Source: Catajapyx aquilonaris
Lineage: Eukaryota
Direction of reading: 5' to 3'
DNA length: 64,000 nt
Assembly (NCBI GenBank): GCA_000934665.2
Contig: JYFJ02001092.1
Span: forward strand, 1-64,000
Numbering within the stretch: position 1 is the stretch's first letter; every line of letters begins with the position of its first letter. The translations under genes and the position numbers were made by a program. This document shows, piece after piece, positions 39,347-52,726 of the stretch. The notes under the pieces are model-generated. The model worked only from the letters and a program-made list of their open reading frames with translations. It searched no databases and was not told where the DNA came from.

Positions 39347-42149
39347 TAATCTTATATGCCTATTTGATTCCCCCTGACAGGTCTGTGGCCTTCTAAGCGA
39401 TCGTCCTTAATACACCTGACTTTCTTCATTCACTGCTCTTTGAATGTGGGCGGAAACGGGGGAACCCCGATGAAATACAAAAGAAATTAATATAAACATG
39501 ATTCATAGAAACCTAAATCCAAGTGAGAAAATACCTGACATCAGAGGTAGAAGGTTGTCGACTATAATCTACTACACCACAGTGCCGGCATCATGCATTA
39601 TAAGAAGCATTGTCATTTACGATGTTGTCCCAGCAGGTTATAAACCGGCAAGGTATTTAAAAAACCTAGAAAACTTCTTGAGAGCAATATGCCTATAGTC
39701 GGTGGTATATTTAGGTTCATTGATCTTGCATATTCTTTTGACTTGCAAGTTCTAAAGGTTGGTGTAAAAGCCTTTCCATTACTGTACAAAACACTGTACA
39801 AAATACAGTACATAATAGTACACAAGTGCGCTTGTGTACGTATTTAAAAAAAATCAAAGTTACATGCATGAATAATGAGTTGCAGAACCACATTCAAGAG
39901 CGGCACGACATTCTCTGTAAATCAGATTCAATTACAAGGTAGGAATAAGTACATATTTAATAGCCGTCATAAAATTAGCAGAACATATGTAGAAAATATA
40001 ATTGCCTACTTCATGTCTGTTAAAAAATAATATGTATTTCCTCAGATGTGGCATGAAGGTAACCTTGCTGTTCGTACCGTATGTAACTGTACAGTATACT
40101 AGTATAGAGTATAGGCTACTTCTAGAACAAGGCAGAAGAGATGTGACCTTTTTGACTTTTTCACTGTACACACTGAACAGCATTGAACTACTAACACCTG
40201 TAAGTACACCATTGAAACATATAGACACGTCCAAATAAAATTCAAAATATTGCGTTTCGTTTGCTAACATTAAATAAACACATTACAACTCATTATTAAT
40301 TTGCATGCATTAAGCATTTCATTTGTCCGAAGTCACACGCCAGTAGAACACACAGTTATTTCCCTGATGTAGAGTACATAAAATGGAGAAAAAAATCTAT
40401 GCAAACATGGTGAAATAATTATCGTACTCAAGCCAGAAGCAGTATCACATGTAGCCTACGTGTAGCATTTTTGATCATTTTCATATAAACTTACTTAGTT
40501 CTCACATTGCGCTTAATTGCACAGCAGAAGAGCGCTATTTTAGGACACTGAATTCACCGATGCGAAGTTGTACGTGCAAAAGGCAGACTGCAACAAACTT
40601 CTCTTTTAAAACATATACAAAAAAGTTGCTGTTTTTCACAAGCCAATACCTCGAATGCCTATATATGTTTCTCCATGTGGGAGTGAGATCATGGAGGGCA
40701 TGAAGGTGAAAACAGAGACATTTAATAAGCTCGTTAGTTAATAACTAATACCCTCGTAGTAGGTAGGGCTACAGAATTGTGTCAAAAACTTTGAACCGTC
40801 TCTAACGAATGGCATGGATATCTTGGATAAAAAATGCCCACCAGCCATCAAGTTGGTATGGCATGTTGCCCATCTTCCTTCAACGATAATAAAAGTAATT
40901 CTGTAACGATTTTATTGCTGTGCCAATGACCCTCTAGCAAGGGGTAACAACTGGCCATTCTATAGTAACAGGATTTAAGGGATTTACCCAGCAGGGATTT
41001 ATGACCTTGTGTATGCAGGATTTATGTAGCTGAAGTTACCTCCTCGCACACTAGACGGAGAGACAGGAGTGTTGAGAGCTCCATAAAATCCTTCATCGAG
41101 TAAATATTAGCACGACGATTTTCCAGTAGAGAGTGATGAGTAACCTTTCCAAAAAAAATAAAATAAAAAATAAAGAATTAAAATAATTAAAAAACCAGCA
41201 GCGCAGAAGAAATCAAAATGAGTCGAAAGTTCTAGGCATTACATAATGTAGTTCTTGAAGAAAACTGGTCAAGCAGCTTTTTGCTACAGCAAATTATAAT
41301 ACGTTGTAATCCTTATATATATCTGAACAAGCATAATATGATCGCCCCATAACAGAAAATGCCATAGAATACAACTGAACCGTGAGAATATACACGAATT
41401 CAGAGTGCGCTAATTGCAACGTTAGAGTGCTTTTGTGTTCTTAAAAAGTCAGGAGGCCATTATAAACAAACAAAAAATGCTGATTAACCCTATGCATATG
41501 CCGGTATATAAGATTCTCCCTCGGCATTCCGCAGTATTTTTGTTTGAGTTCCTGTGTGAATTTAAAAGCCCTGAGGGAGTGTTGCAAGGAATGATATGCA
41601 GGATACATGCAGCACGACTCCCTAATTAGATTTGTTTTTATCCACGGTCTCGTGTTCTTCCAAACGTGTAACCGCCGCAGTTATTCCCGCCCCTTTCGCA
41701 CATATTACGCAATATTCTTATTGCATTCACCACTGATGAGGCTCCTTTTGACAGTTCTTCATAGTTCATAAGTCACTTTTTATCACGCAATATACACATA
41801 TAGTGCCTGGTGCATAATATTATAGTATTGTCATTTTCTTTGAAACTTATATATTCATACAGTAGTATACTAAAACCTGAACAAAAACGGATTTGTTTCA
41901 GTACGACTAGGAAGATTTTGAAATGTTTTCGGAAACGGCAAGAGAATGAGTCAGAAAAACCGTGTACAAAAGGATTCGAGGTTATTAGTATACGAATATT
42001 TTAGAAACCTTTGCAATGTTAGCCTGAGGCAACGGTACTTGCCTCCGAAACTAGTCACAGGATCTGCTATATACACAGCAGATACAAAAAGTGGGGATTT
42101 CACAATCTCGTCGGTGTATCCCTGAATGAGGACGCGATCAAGTTTGCGT

Positions 42150-42177
42150 GGGGGGGGGGGGGGGGGGGGGGGGGGGC
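42150..42177. repeat. Poly-G tract (~27 nt)
   Basis: Seen directly; a nearby N suggests low local sequence quality. Shorter G/C tracts occur at ~33711, 35640, 36028 and 39125. Confidence 0.85.
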
Positions 42178-44085
42178 ACCTCCCNGGGAAGGGGAATTTC
42201 CTACACCTCACTGGTTTGTTCTTTGCAATTACGCTTGTGTATGATTTGCAATTTTTTGCTCATTTGCTACCGCAGGCTCTCTACCCTGACCTACGATTTC
42301 TTTCCATTACTCGACAAAAAAACATCCGTTATAAGAAATACCGTATAGGGTATAGTTTCTTAAGCATCAAGTGCAGATCTGAAGAAAAGTTCCAATCTTT
42401 ATATGAAAATGTGTCTCAGATTATTTAAGAAAGATCTATATACTGTAATAGATCTTATGTAACTATTTTTCCCCTTTGCGTCATCACGGCGAAAGTAATT
42501 CAAACAGACGTTACTTTAAGCCCTCAAGTGTAGTAGGCCTATACAAAGTTAATGGTGAAAGTTTTGACAACCAGTATGGCCTATCCCTATCGTATCAATA
42601 CTCTTAAAATAAATACTGCACTAACTATGGAAAAATCTTCAGCATGTCATTCAAAGAGTAGCCCAATAGATATGAACCTTGTTGAAATATTTGCAGGAAC
42701 ATTTAGGGACAAAAATTACAGGGTAGTCACGACTGATTGGTCAACTTGCCCCTCAGTCTTTCCAATAATAAGTGTCACAGCCCTATATACTCTGTATTAT
42801 TAATTTTTGAAGGTGGAATTTTCCCACTCTCCTAACTTGCAGAATAATTCGCCACATTTTGGTTGCAAGTGAATCCAGAATTGTGCAATAAATGCTGCCC
42901 TTGACATGTACTGTACTTTCCGATGGCCAAGTCAATTTGCTCTTTTACTAGGAGCTATAGAGTCTGCCAGCAGACGTAACATACCCGAGAAGCAACATGT
43001 TGTTTACACTTAGCCTTTTAGCTACGTTACAATATAGCCTAGCGTTTGCCAAGAATTATCACATGGGAAAGATATCTCTGTCCGGGCATAGTGCCTAGTA
43101 GGCAATTACAATGCCCAAATTGAGAAAGTTTCACAAGTAGAGTACAGGAGTGCAATGTTTTAAAGAAATTATCCCACAAAGGGTACTAAAATATTCAAAC
43201 TTAAAATTCATATACTGTATGAAATAGCTCAATCGTGACTCTTTCTTCTAAATTCAGATCTTTCATGTATATGAACAAACCAAGATAATTAAGCATTTCC
43301 TGGCATGCACATGCAGTCCACTGGCAGTGCAATTCAGCACCTTTCCAACGGGGGAAAAAAATGTATTATCCTAATTAAAACACAACACAACAGTGTGACT
43401 GATTCCTTGCAATAAACCTCACAATAATACAGTGCATGATACATACATACTGTAGGCCTACTTACCACTTTAATCAATTTTCATGCCATATGGCATTTAT
43501 CTAATCACAAATTAAGTGACCAACACCATGAAATGCAGAAAAGAGGAAAAAGTATGTTGTTGTTGTTGTTGTTGTATACTCTGTGATAAGACCTCTCAGA
43601 TTACCTGCTTAATACCAGGTCTTCCTAACTGCATGATTGTTGATGGATATTGTCAGAGATTGGATAGGGGATGGAGAAAATCCATGAAGAATGGTCACAA
43701 TCCATTGAAACTTCATATACAAAAATTACTTGCCCAACCTAAGTTGCAAAAAAAAACTTCACCTTCCACAGATGAGTGGAAGAGAGAGGTCAGAAAAAGC
43801 ACTAAACTTCTTATATCCAATTCATGCTGAATAATCAAGGACCAAAGGAGACGGACAAATCTGATACTTGCAAAGGGGATTCTCAGGCTAAAGACACAGG
43901 TAATAATTCACTAATGTCAGCAGCATCAGCAAGCATTTAATCACATAATATTTTTGCTGAGAAATTGACAATTTTACAAGCATATTGCACTATACATGAT
44001 TAGTTTGATTACACACTGGCTTTCTCATGACAAATAGCTGAAACTTGAAAATACCCTTCGTTTTAAAATCCAGCAGTTCACATTA

Positions 44086-44213
44086 GGGGCCGGTTTCACC
44101 GAGCTTGGTATATGATAAAACCAGGTTTCTTTAGGAAAATCCAATACAAATAGATAGGGACTTTGAGAAAGAACCCTGGTTTTATCATATACTGAGCTCG
44201 GTGAAACCGGCTC
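44086..44213. mobile_element. ~128-bp MITE with ~45-bp terminal inverted repeats, PIF/Harbinger (Tourist)-like
   Basis: GGGGCCGGTTTCACCGAGCTTGGTATATGATAAAACCAGG ... CCTGGTTTTATCATATACTGAGCTCGGTGAAACCGGCTC; flanks TTA and TAA fit TWA targeting. The superfamily assignment is inference. Confidence 0.75.
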
Positions 44214-44903
44214 TAACTCAATGTTGGTCTGAACTGTGAGACTCACAACAATTTGAGAACATACGATAATATTATTACATAATTTTCGCAATGCATGTAT
44301 TGTCATTTCAGGCACTGTCAGACACTTGACTAGACTTTTCCATGTTAGACTGTCTTCCTTTATTTCTAATTCAAAAGATCCCCACTGGGAATATTTTTCT
44401 CTCTGACATCACAGTATTTAGTGGAAGTTGTTCAGATGAAAAAGTGAAAATCAGGGTTGTTATATCAGGTTATATCTATTCCAGTACTATAACTCCTGTG
44501 GTTATTTTAAGATGGGAACCATATTGCACAATTCAAATGCTGATTTTCACATTGCTATAATAGAGCCAAATTGAGTTCAAATTTTTCAATCATGCATTAT
44601 TATGAACAACTGTTACTAAAAATTGTGGCAGCAGAAGGAAAAAAAAAAAACAAATCCTGGCAGGGATCCTTTCACACAAATGATGAGGTATACTAACAGC
44701 ATGTCCGTATTAAATGTACAAACGAGAGGGACTGAGACATCAAATCTTTGTTGGCCATATGGATGGCAGTGTTTCTGTGAAAGGCACTCCTGTATTGTGA
44801 TGCAGACAAAAGGAGGATGAACACGTGTGAATCTAAAGATGTGAGTATGTCTTGGCCATTTGCAGAGTATTTGTAGTGAGAGAGTTTATCTGGAGTTCGT
44901 GCA

Positions 44904-47900
44904 TTATATGAATATCTCACTCTCTGCCTGCATCTCAAGCTGCTGCATGCTGTTCTGCTGGCCCTCTGAATCACCCCTTTCTAATACAATATCGCTTTCC
45001 AGTTCCAGAGGTTCCAGAAAGTCAAAGAAACGAAGTGACCTTCCAACATGGCTTTTACAGTAAGATTCTGCATCTGCAAGAGGGTAGTGGTGCAGTAAAA
45101 CAGACACAACATCATATAATGAAGTCAAATAACAGATAACTTACCTTTAAGGATAACTCCAGAATCACGTATTGTTTTTCTCTGTATGTGCCACACGTTG
45201 TATATGTGCAGTAGGACACTGGCATAAAATCGATTTATGACACTCATGACTTCCTTGTGACGATTGCATTCCCTGATGGAAAAGAGGACATGTATTGTGG
45301 CTGAACTAATTTTTTATCCCTCCCACTTTCTATGGCATTGGACACTCCAGGGATGTACTGTACACTAAATTTACTAATAAATGAATTACTGGATCCTTCC
45401 ATGGCAATTCAATTATTTCTTAATTCAGAATTTTTTAGAAAAATGAATTTGGCCTGTGTAATGATGGCTGTAGTGGAAACCCATGCCAATTTTTCGATTC
45501 CCTTATCATTCATAGTTCATGTGATATGAAGAAGTCAAAAGACCATCAATACAAATTAGGAGTATACATACCCAGGTTATTTTGGTAGGGCAAACCCCAC
45601 AATCACATGCAAAATGAATTTACGTTTGTTATTCAGACCCATAAAACAATTCGTATCAAAAATTCAGTCTCAGACCAAAATAACCATCACATATCCTACA
45701 AGTTGAACTCATCAAAAAAAATCTGCAAATTTTGTCACCAATCCACCTGTTCACATTTTTTAAGCAGAAAAAAAATTTATGATTTTGAGCTGGAATAGGT
45801 TTCTGAGATATATGGCAGACATTTGCCTGGACTTAGGCAGGACTTCCAAATTGATACAGGCCAATATGTCACCTGATGACTCATAGCCACCTGATTCAGC
45901 CCAGGTAGGCCAGGAATTTCTAGAAATAGGATGAAAGCAGTCTGGAAGCTCAATCCATCGAGCTCAAATTTACACCAACCCTTCTCTCCTCTTCCACACA
46001 CGTAATAATACTGTGTGTGCCAAATGTGTTTGTCACTTGACTACCCTATTTACAAGATTCATATGACATTAATTTAAACTAATCTCTAAGGACTAATCCA
46101 CACTGATATCTCAAATTCTCCTTTTCATATTATATTAGTTAATGCACATTATGGTTCAGCAAGAGGTTTGACTTATTTGCATTCTCTCTAACAACTTGGA
46201 AAAATAGGCTATCCATGTGTTACAGCAACAGGAAAAATGTGAGCAGATATTACATGATACTAGATCATGCCACCAGCCCCATTTCTATCACCAATTCCCT
46301 GTTAGTAATTATAATTAACTAGCATTTATTCCCCATAATTTCTTAGGCACTTCAGGACTCAGCTTATAACAGCAAACAGTTACTCACCTGTTGAGACAGC
46401 CCTGTCGCAGAGCCTGAAGAGCAATCCGAGTGACATTGAGACTGAGGATGAAGAAAGGAAAGTGCTGGGTCGGATGGTGGGAAAGCCGATAAGCATCTCT
46501 GGCCAGTCGTCTCCCTTTTGGGTCACTTATAAGATAGAGAGGCTGCAACAATCCCAGAAAGCCCACACCTCTCAAATCTGTCCCTGGATCATTGCCTTGA
46601 AAACCAATATCCTCCCAATGGCTTCCAATCATTGGAACGTCTGACATTCCTCCAACCAGGCTCCGGTACAATGTGCGCAGGACTTGTTTATGCATGGTGT
46701 TTGAATGTTGCAGTTGGCCTGTTGGGTCAAACAAATAGATTATTATCTTTCATGCATGGTATATGCAATGTGTAGAAAACAGTAGTGTGACTCACAGTGG
46801 GCAGCTGCAAAAACCATGTTTCTCTCTCCATGTAGTGATTGGTGAAGTTTTGGAGGTCCAAAGAGAGTTTGGAGCACACCGGAGAGGCCTCTCTTTGAGA
46901 TAGTGGGCTTAATTTGATTCTAAAATGTTCAAATATACTGTAGTTAGTATTTAAAAGCACCCAATAAGGTTCATAAGGCACAATCTTTTTCATGTAAATT
47001 CAAAACCTTACATTTGAGCCTAGGCATTCAATATACATTTAGACAACTGGATAATTATTGCGAATATATTACAATCACAGTTGTGTGTTGAAAACAGTAC
47101 ATACACACATCAGCTAAGTCAAGAGACTGTTAATTGAAGCATCAACTGTCAATATTATAGCCATTGGTCTCATTTTCAAATCTTCAAATACCCCACCATT
47201 ATTATTTTGCAGACTCTTTCATTACGATACATGAAATGTGATTGCAATATTCTGAAGGATTTGCATGGTTACTGCAAAATACAAAATCAAAGGCCTCACC
47301 ATGTAAGGGCTGGTATCTGAACAACGAAAACTCTCCCAGGTCTCCTTAAATGTGGTCCCTTTTGAGTTCCTTCTCAAGGCAGTTTGGGGCAAAATCTTTG
47401 CACACTCTATCCCCTTTGCCTTGACAGTAGGAATGACAGTAGGCACAGAAGCCCACTCTTCTTCAGCTGCCTCCTTCTCTTCCCTAAAACAATGTCAATT
47501 GAGAACAAAACAATCTCATACAGTAATACATATGTAAAAGCAGGCAATATCAAGTCACACTGGGTCTACTCTACGACAGCCTTTAGAGTTTAGAGTCTGT
47601 TAGTGCGTTGAAATTAACATGTAAACTGTCGCTGATAATCAAATATCTCAGGTCTTTTCTAAGGTTTTCAAAGTTTCACCTTTATTCAGATGGCACGGCA
47701 ACTTGTGTTAGGGGTAGAAAGTGATTTACTGATGAGGCATGTCAGGGGTCAGGACACGCACTACCACTGGATTATTTAAAATGGAAGGAGTGCGAGAGGC
47801 ACGACAATGGTGCAGTCAGGCCCCTCTTTTCATCCACAATGATCATATCACTCTGGACAGAAACCCCGGCACGTGTCTTGCATTTCACAGCCTTTGTAAA

Positions 47901-48065
47901 TCTTCATCAATAGAAATTGGAACTGGTTTTTTATACACAGAGCTGAATCATATCTGACCAGTACCTAGCGACATCAGGGTTGTCCTGCAGCAGGTGACGC
48001 TCATAGGCATGCAATGGAGCCGCTGTCTGAGTCACTTCTGCCTTTTTGTCCTTCACCAGACCCAT
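44904..48065 (-). CDS. ELMOD3: ELMO domain-containing protein 3-like (ARF/ARL GAP family), ~345 aa, 6 coding exons
   Basis: Minus-strand exons 48065-47965, 47483-47300, 46919-46796, 46718-46388, 45272-45145, 45073-44904 in phase (1038 nt). Motifs AEEEWASV, LFGPPKLHQSL, HWEDIGFQGNDPGTDLRGVGFLGLL, HFPFFILSLNVT, CLNRECNR and QRKTIRDSG align with ELMOD3. The first exon is least certain. Confidence 0.9.
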
Positions 48066-48189
48066 TTCAAGTGTGCGTTGTTATAATTTTAAATAAATAG
48101 AAGAAGACGCTGAAATAGTCCTGGATTAGCATAAGTGCAGTCATATAAACAAGCCAAACTGTATACATTTGTCACATTTCCATCTACTT

Positions 48190-48830
48190 ACATAAGTCCA
48201 ATTTTGGGGGTTTGATAAAGCTCCTGATCACGCCTGAGTTATCCACAACCTCCTTTCGCTTTTCTCCTTCACGAACAATTTAGGTCGGACGCAGCTTGGC
48301 CGAAAAGGACACATTTTTTTCATTTCGAAATAGAAAGTGCCAAGATTCCGGCGGCGACGGCTGACCACCTCGAATTTTTTTGGTCGGCGAGCGGCGTACG
48401 GACGATGGTGGTATCTCTCTCGATACTATAGCAAACCAATCTTCCCGTACGCGAATCAATCAACAGTCGATTAAAGATTTACATTGGATGAAATTATTAT
48501 TTGCGTATAAATTACCTAGCGTAAAATTTCTTATGGCAGGATGGCCCAAAAGGAATGTATCAACAGTTGCTCTCCGACAAAATTGGTTTATTGAAAATTT
48601 GAAAAGTTAGACTTGAGACATATCACAATATTATGGCACATGGCAATTTAAAAAAATGGGAAATAAAAACGTCAAAAATTACTTTGCAACTCTTTGAAAA
48701 CAATAGATCATACTCATCTGCATCCGCAATATCAAGAGCTAATGCAATATCCGCATTTAGTGGAAAAAGCAGTACGAAAATTCAGCGTACGATGGTAAAG
48801 TTGTAAAATATCCTGGGAGCGGAGCGGAGG
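48190..48830. promoter_or_regulatory. Probable bidirectional promoter between ELMOD3 (-) and RhoBTB (+) leader exons
   Basis: CpG-rich patch at ~48280-48450; minus-strand donor (CTTAC at ~48187-48191) and acceptor (~48110) upstream of the ELMOD3 ATG; plus-strand donor GAG|GTATGC at ~48830 and acceptor TTTGCAG| at ~49129. No TSS data. Confidence 0.4.
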
Positions 48831-51800
48831 TATGCGTCCCTCCGTAACCTTAATTTTTTTTTAAAGTAGTAGAGTTACGATTCAATTTGGTCTGATTTGG
48901 TGTAACAGCTAGGCGCAATAGCCTGGGTTGGCCTGGGGATGGAAGTGTCGCAGGCTGAATCCACGACATAACAATGGTAGGCTATAATGCATTCTGCATT
49001 AATGGTAATTAGCTCGGACATTAAGCTGCGCGGACCAACATCTAGCTGTGCATAAAATGATCAGTGTAGAACCCCTATACATCCTCCATGAAGTTTCCTT
49101 ACCCTTGCACATATCGTTTCTGTTTGCAGGATGGCCTATATTGTTTATGCATATTAAGTGAGGGTCTGGGACCTATTACGGCAACGAAGGTCGTCGAAGA
49201 TTATTTTATTGCAGTGTGAAGAGGTAGTCTACTTTGGATAATATGGCGTGAGTAGAATGCAACCTATACGCACAGTCGGATATACCCAAGTATAAATAAA
49301 TAAATAGAGCTGTAGAGCCACTGAAGTGTGTATATTTTACTAAATGTTTGCCATACATACATACATATACATATATACATGCGGTCAATACTTTCCTGAA
49401 GTAAAAAAAAGTCGTAACTTGGCCAAATACGACGACGACGCCTGCGGATGTTATTACAAACAGAATAATGAAATTACTCGTAGGTACTGTACAATAATTA
49501 TACTTTTCAGACCAACTTTGCATGAAGTTCTGTTACCGTTTTGTTCGGACCGAAAAAAATAAAAAATAAAAAATGTCCCAGTCAACACCCAATGATATGC
49601 ATATGTAGGCCTACAGTACCGTACATTTGTAAGTCTGCGACACTGACCAAGATTAAAAGCAGACCGATATACTGTACCCGTTTTAGCAAAAGTGCCTGAA
49701 AATGTTGACATTTCCAAATAAAATAAAGTTCATGGTCCATGACAGTAAAAATTATTTGCACAAAATACTGTATTGTGGCCAGTATCGTGGTCATTACTGC
49801 ATTTTGTGATGCACATAAGTGTAGACTATACTGTAGTTTAAAAAAACTTTAAGTAAAAAAGCATGGTACGCATCAGCGACCACTTCGCTATAGACAAGTA
49901 TGTAGCCTACGTTACTTTACAATCGATTGCTTTAGCTGGTAACATCCTGTTTTCCATTGATGCAATTGCAGTATTTTTTAAACACCTGCCATCACCAGAG
50001 GAAATATTTCACAAATTGTGCAGCCGTTATTATTGTTGGATTGGCCGCCGTGAATAAGTTCGATGAACTATTCGAGCCGAGAGAATTCTTGTCGGCAACA
50101 GGTGAACCAACACAGATGCACCAAAGCGTCTACATTCTGGATGAATCCCAATAACTGTGGTCAACTGAACATAAACAAACAAAGGCTCGCAGTCAGGAGC
50201 TGCTGTATGTAAACCCCTTCTCATTTTTGTTATTTACACAACTGCTGGCAATCTGGCATTATTTTAGATCAAAACTGGATCACACACTACCCAAGATCTG
50301 GCGCTGTCAACGCAAATCTCCAGTTAATCCTCCTTTAGCTATATGTGTCGAGTGTCGGTATGTCCCCGTGACCAGTGCCGGACACGAGCCCGTCGTATGC
50401 AAATGTCCCATCTGCGTGCTATTATTGTCTAAAATCCCTCCTCCTCAGCACGCGTCGACATGTACGAGTTGCCGCTTCAATTCACGTGTCCTGCCAAGTC
50501 CCTCGGGCGTGTGTCACACACCCAAGGACATCGTCCCAATCACCTGGTAAACAAACGGCAAGCCGACAACACCGCCGCCTCTTCCCGCGGGAAGGCAAAG
50601 TCTGTAGTGCTTCAAAGGGGAGCTGTTGGGAGTGGGAGGAGTAGAGTCGTCGGGCGGTGGTAGTGGTGGTGGTGGTGGTCCCCCAACCAAACTCCTCCTG
50701 TTTCTGCCCCAAGGATCAGATGGGCGTTGGACATCACACAGATTGCCTCCGACGAATCGGTGGTGCCTTTGTTCGCGTGTGCTCGTGACCATCCGTGTCG
50801 CATGGTACAAGCTGCGACCGACGTCTTCCTCACCCGATGACGACATTGTCGGGGTCGGGGCTTCGGACCCCCAACAATGATGAAGTGGACCAAGCAAGAA
50901 GTGCGTGCATTTCCGATATAATTTGTCCGTCATCTCCGGAGTGGACGTGGGGGTGGGTTCCCAGCTGTCCCGTATCGGTATATACATGAGGGGTCATCGG
51001 CACCGCCGCGTGGTCTAAATATAGTGACATCTACGACTTCCTAGTGCGGGTTGCCACATGTGGGAGGGGGAAAAAACACACGTGACTGGGAGACAACGGA
51101 GCTCATGGCAACGCGGGGATGACCTTCCTGCCTTCCGCCCTCTTGGACCGCTGGATGGACCATGGTGAGGGCCTTGGCGAAAACAGAGGGTGGGAGGGAG
51201 GACAGGAGGTCATTGGACCTAATATATCAAGTAGTGTGATATTAGCAATCAGGCGCAATAATATAACTTTTTTGCGTGCTATGTGCGGATGTCCCCACTA
51301 TGATGACACGTGGGCATGTTGTTGCATCCATATCTTCCACAACGGATGATATCTTAGCAAGAAAGGAAACAAAGGCGGAAAAAACTGACATAACATTTTC
51401 TGAGACATTCCGATATGAGTTCACTGCACTGACTTTGCCAGACCTTGAGGATCGTGCATTTTTGCGGGCTAAAGAAATGCAGGCACTCGCTGCATAACTG
51501 GCATTCCTGTGCAATATGCACAATTCAATCCTACAAAGACTAAATAAGTACGTAATAACCTGTTAGGATGAACTTGCACTTTATGCTTATCACTGTGTTA
51601 TCTTCCTTAAGGCATTGTAAGCTATAGGCCTGTATATCAGAACCAAGTCAGCAACGTGACGGTCTGGGTGAAAATATTGAGTTTGATAACTGATAAAGTG
51701 GACCGTCCGATTGCTCGAAAAATATCCGCCAGAATCTATTTTTAGTTTTATTATTCGACTTTGTTATGAATGAAGGCGCCAATGGAACATGTTCATGTGT

Positions 51801-52316
51801 GCGAATGTAATGTATGATTGTCTGTAGATTTTTTTTTAAAAAAAAAATCTGCGCTTGACTGCATGCTCATGCATGAATTAATATGCGCTGAAAATTTTAC
51901 TAAAATTGGAGTTTAGCAAGCGGAACAGTTCTAATCCTTGGCAATCGTCTTGCTTGATGTACTGTACTCATATGCAGCTGAACCTTGTGGCTGGCGGTCC
52001 AGGAGAGCCGGTCCAAAAATGGGTTGCATTTTTGGTGGTACCACAGTATGTTCTCCATTGTCATAAACTGTAAGTTTCAGTACAACGAAACGATCTCTTA
52101 TCGGATTGGCATTCATGGACCTACCGTGGACCCCGTGGACCTACCAATCAAACGTTCCATCAGCATAATATGCATATATTATGTGTGAAATACTCTTCTG
52201 AACTAAGAAACGTAAGGCTACTGACAAAATTGCGCGCTGTCGATATACCGTACCGGGTACCGGTATGCTACTTCTGCCCGGTATGATTTGAACCGACCGT
52301 TAATGTAGGCCTACTA

Positions 52317-52726
52317 CAGTTGTTGAATCCGGATATAATAGCCTCGCGTATGATGGACTTTCGGATATAACAGACTGAAAGGTCGGTTCCGTCAATCTCC
52401 CATATAAATGACCTGTGTATTTTTACTCCTGATATAACACTCATTTTCACCTTATCTCGGCTATAACAGACCATTTCTTGGCCTCTCGGTGGGAATAATG
52501 GGAAATATGCATTTTCTGTAATAAACTAGGCAAAAAGGAGACTGCAATATCTGATTATTATTATTTGGTCCTGCCCTATTTTCGAGTGAGCTGTAGCCTA
52601 CTGTAGTCGTGTGCATTTACAGGCATAAGGAAAGCAGAAACATTGTGTATTAGTTGCAAAGTGACTATTTGGCTATAACAGACTCTTCCGCAGTCCCTTG
52701 AAGTCTGTTATATCCTGATTCAACCG
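52317..52726. mobile_element. Tc1/mariner-superfamily (pogo/Tigger-like) MITE, ~410 bp
   Basis: TA|CAGTTGTTGAATCCGGATATAA ... TTATATCCTGATTCAACCG|TA imperfect TIRs with TA flanks; internal repeats of (GA/GC)TATAACAGAC. Confidence 0.7.

Noticed and set aside
42126..42428. ORFs with poly-Gly/poly-Pro
   Set aside because: Produced by the poly-G tract, next to an ambiguous base.
43516..43830. ORF with a poly-Cys run
   Set aside because: The poly-Cys is the translation of a (TGT)n microsatellite at ~43555-43575.
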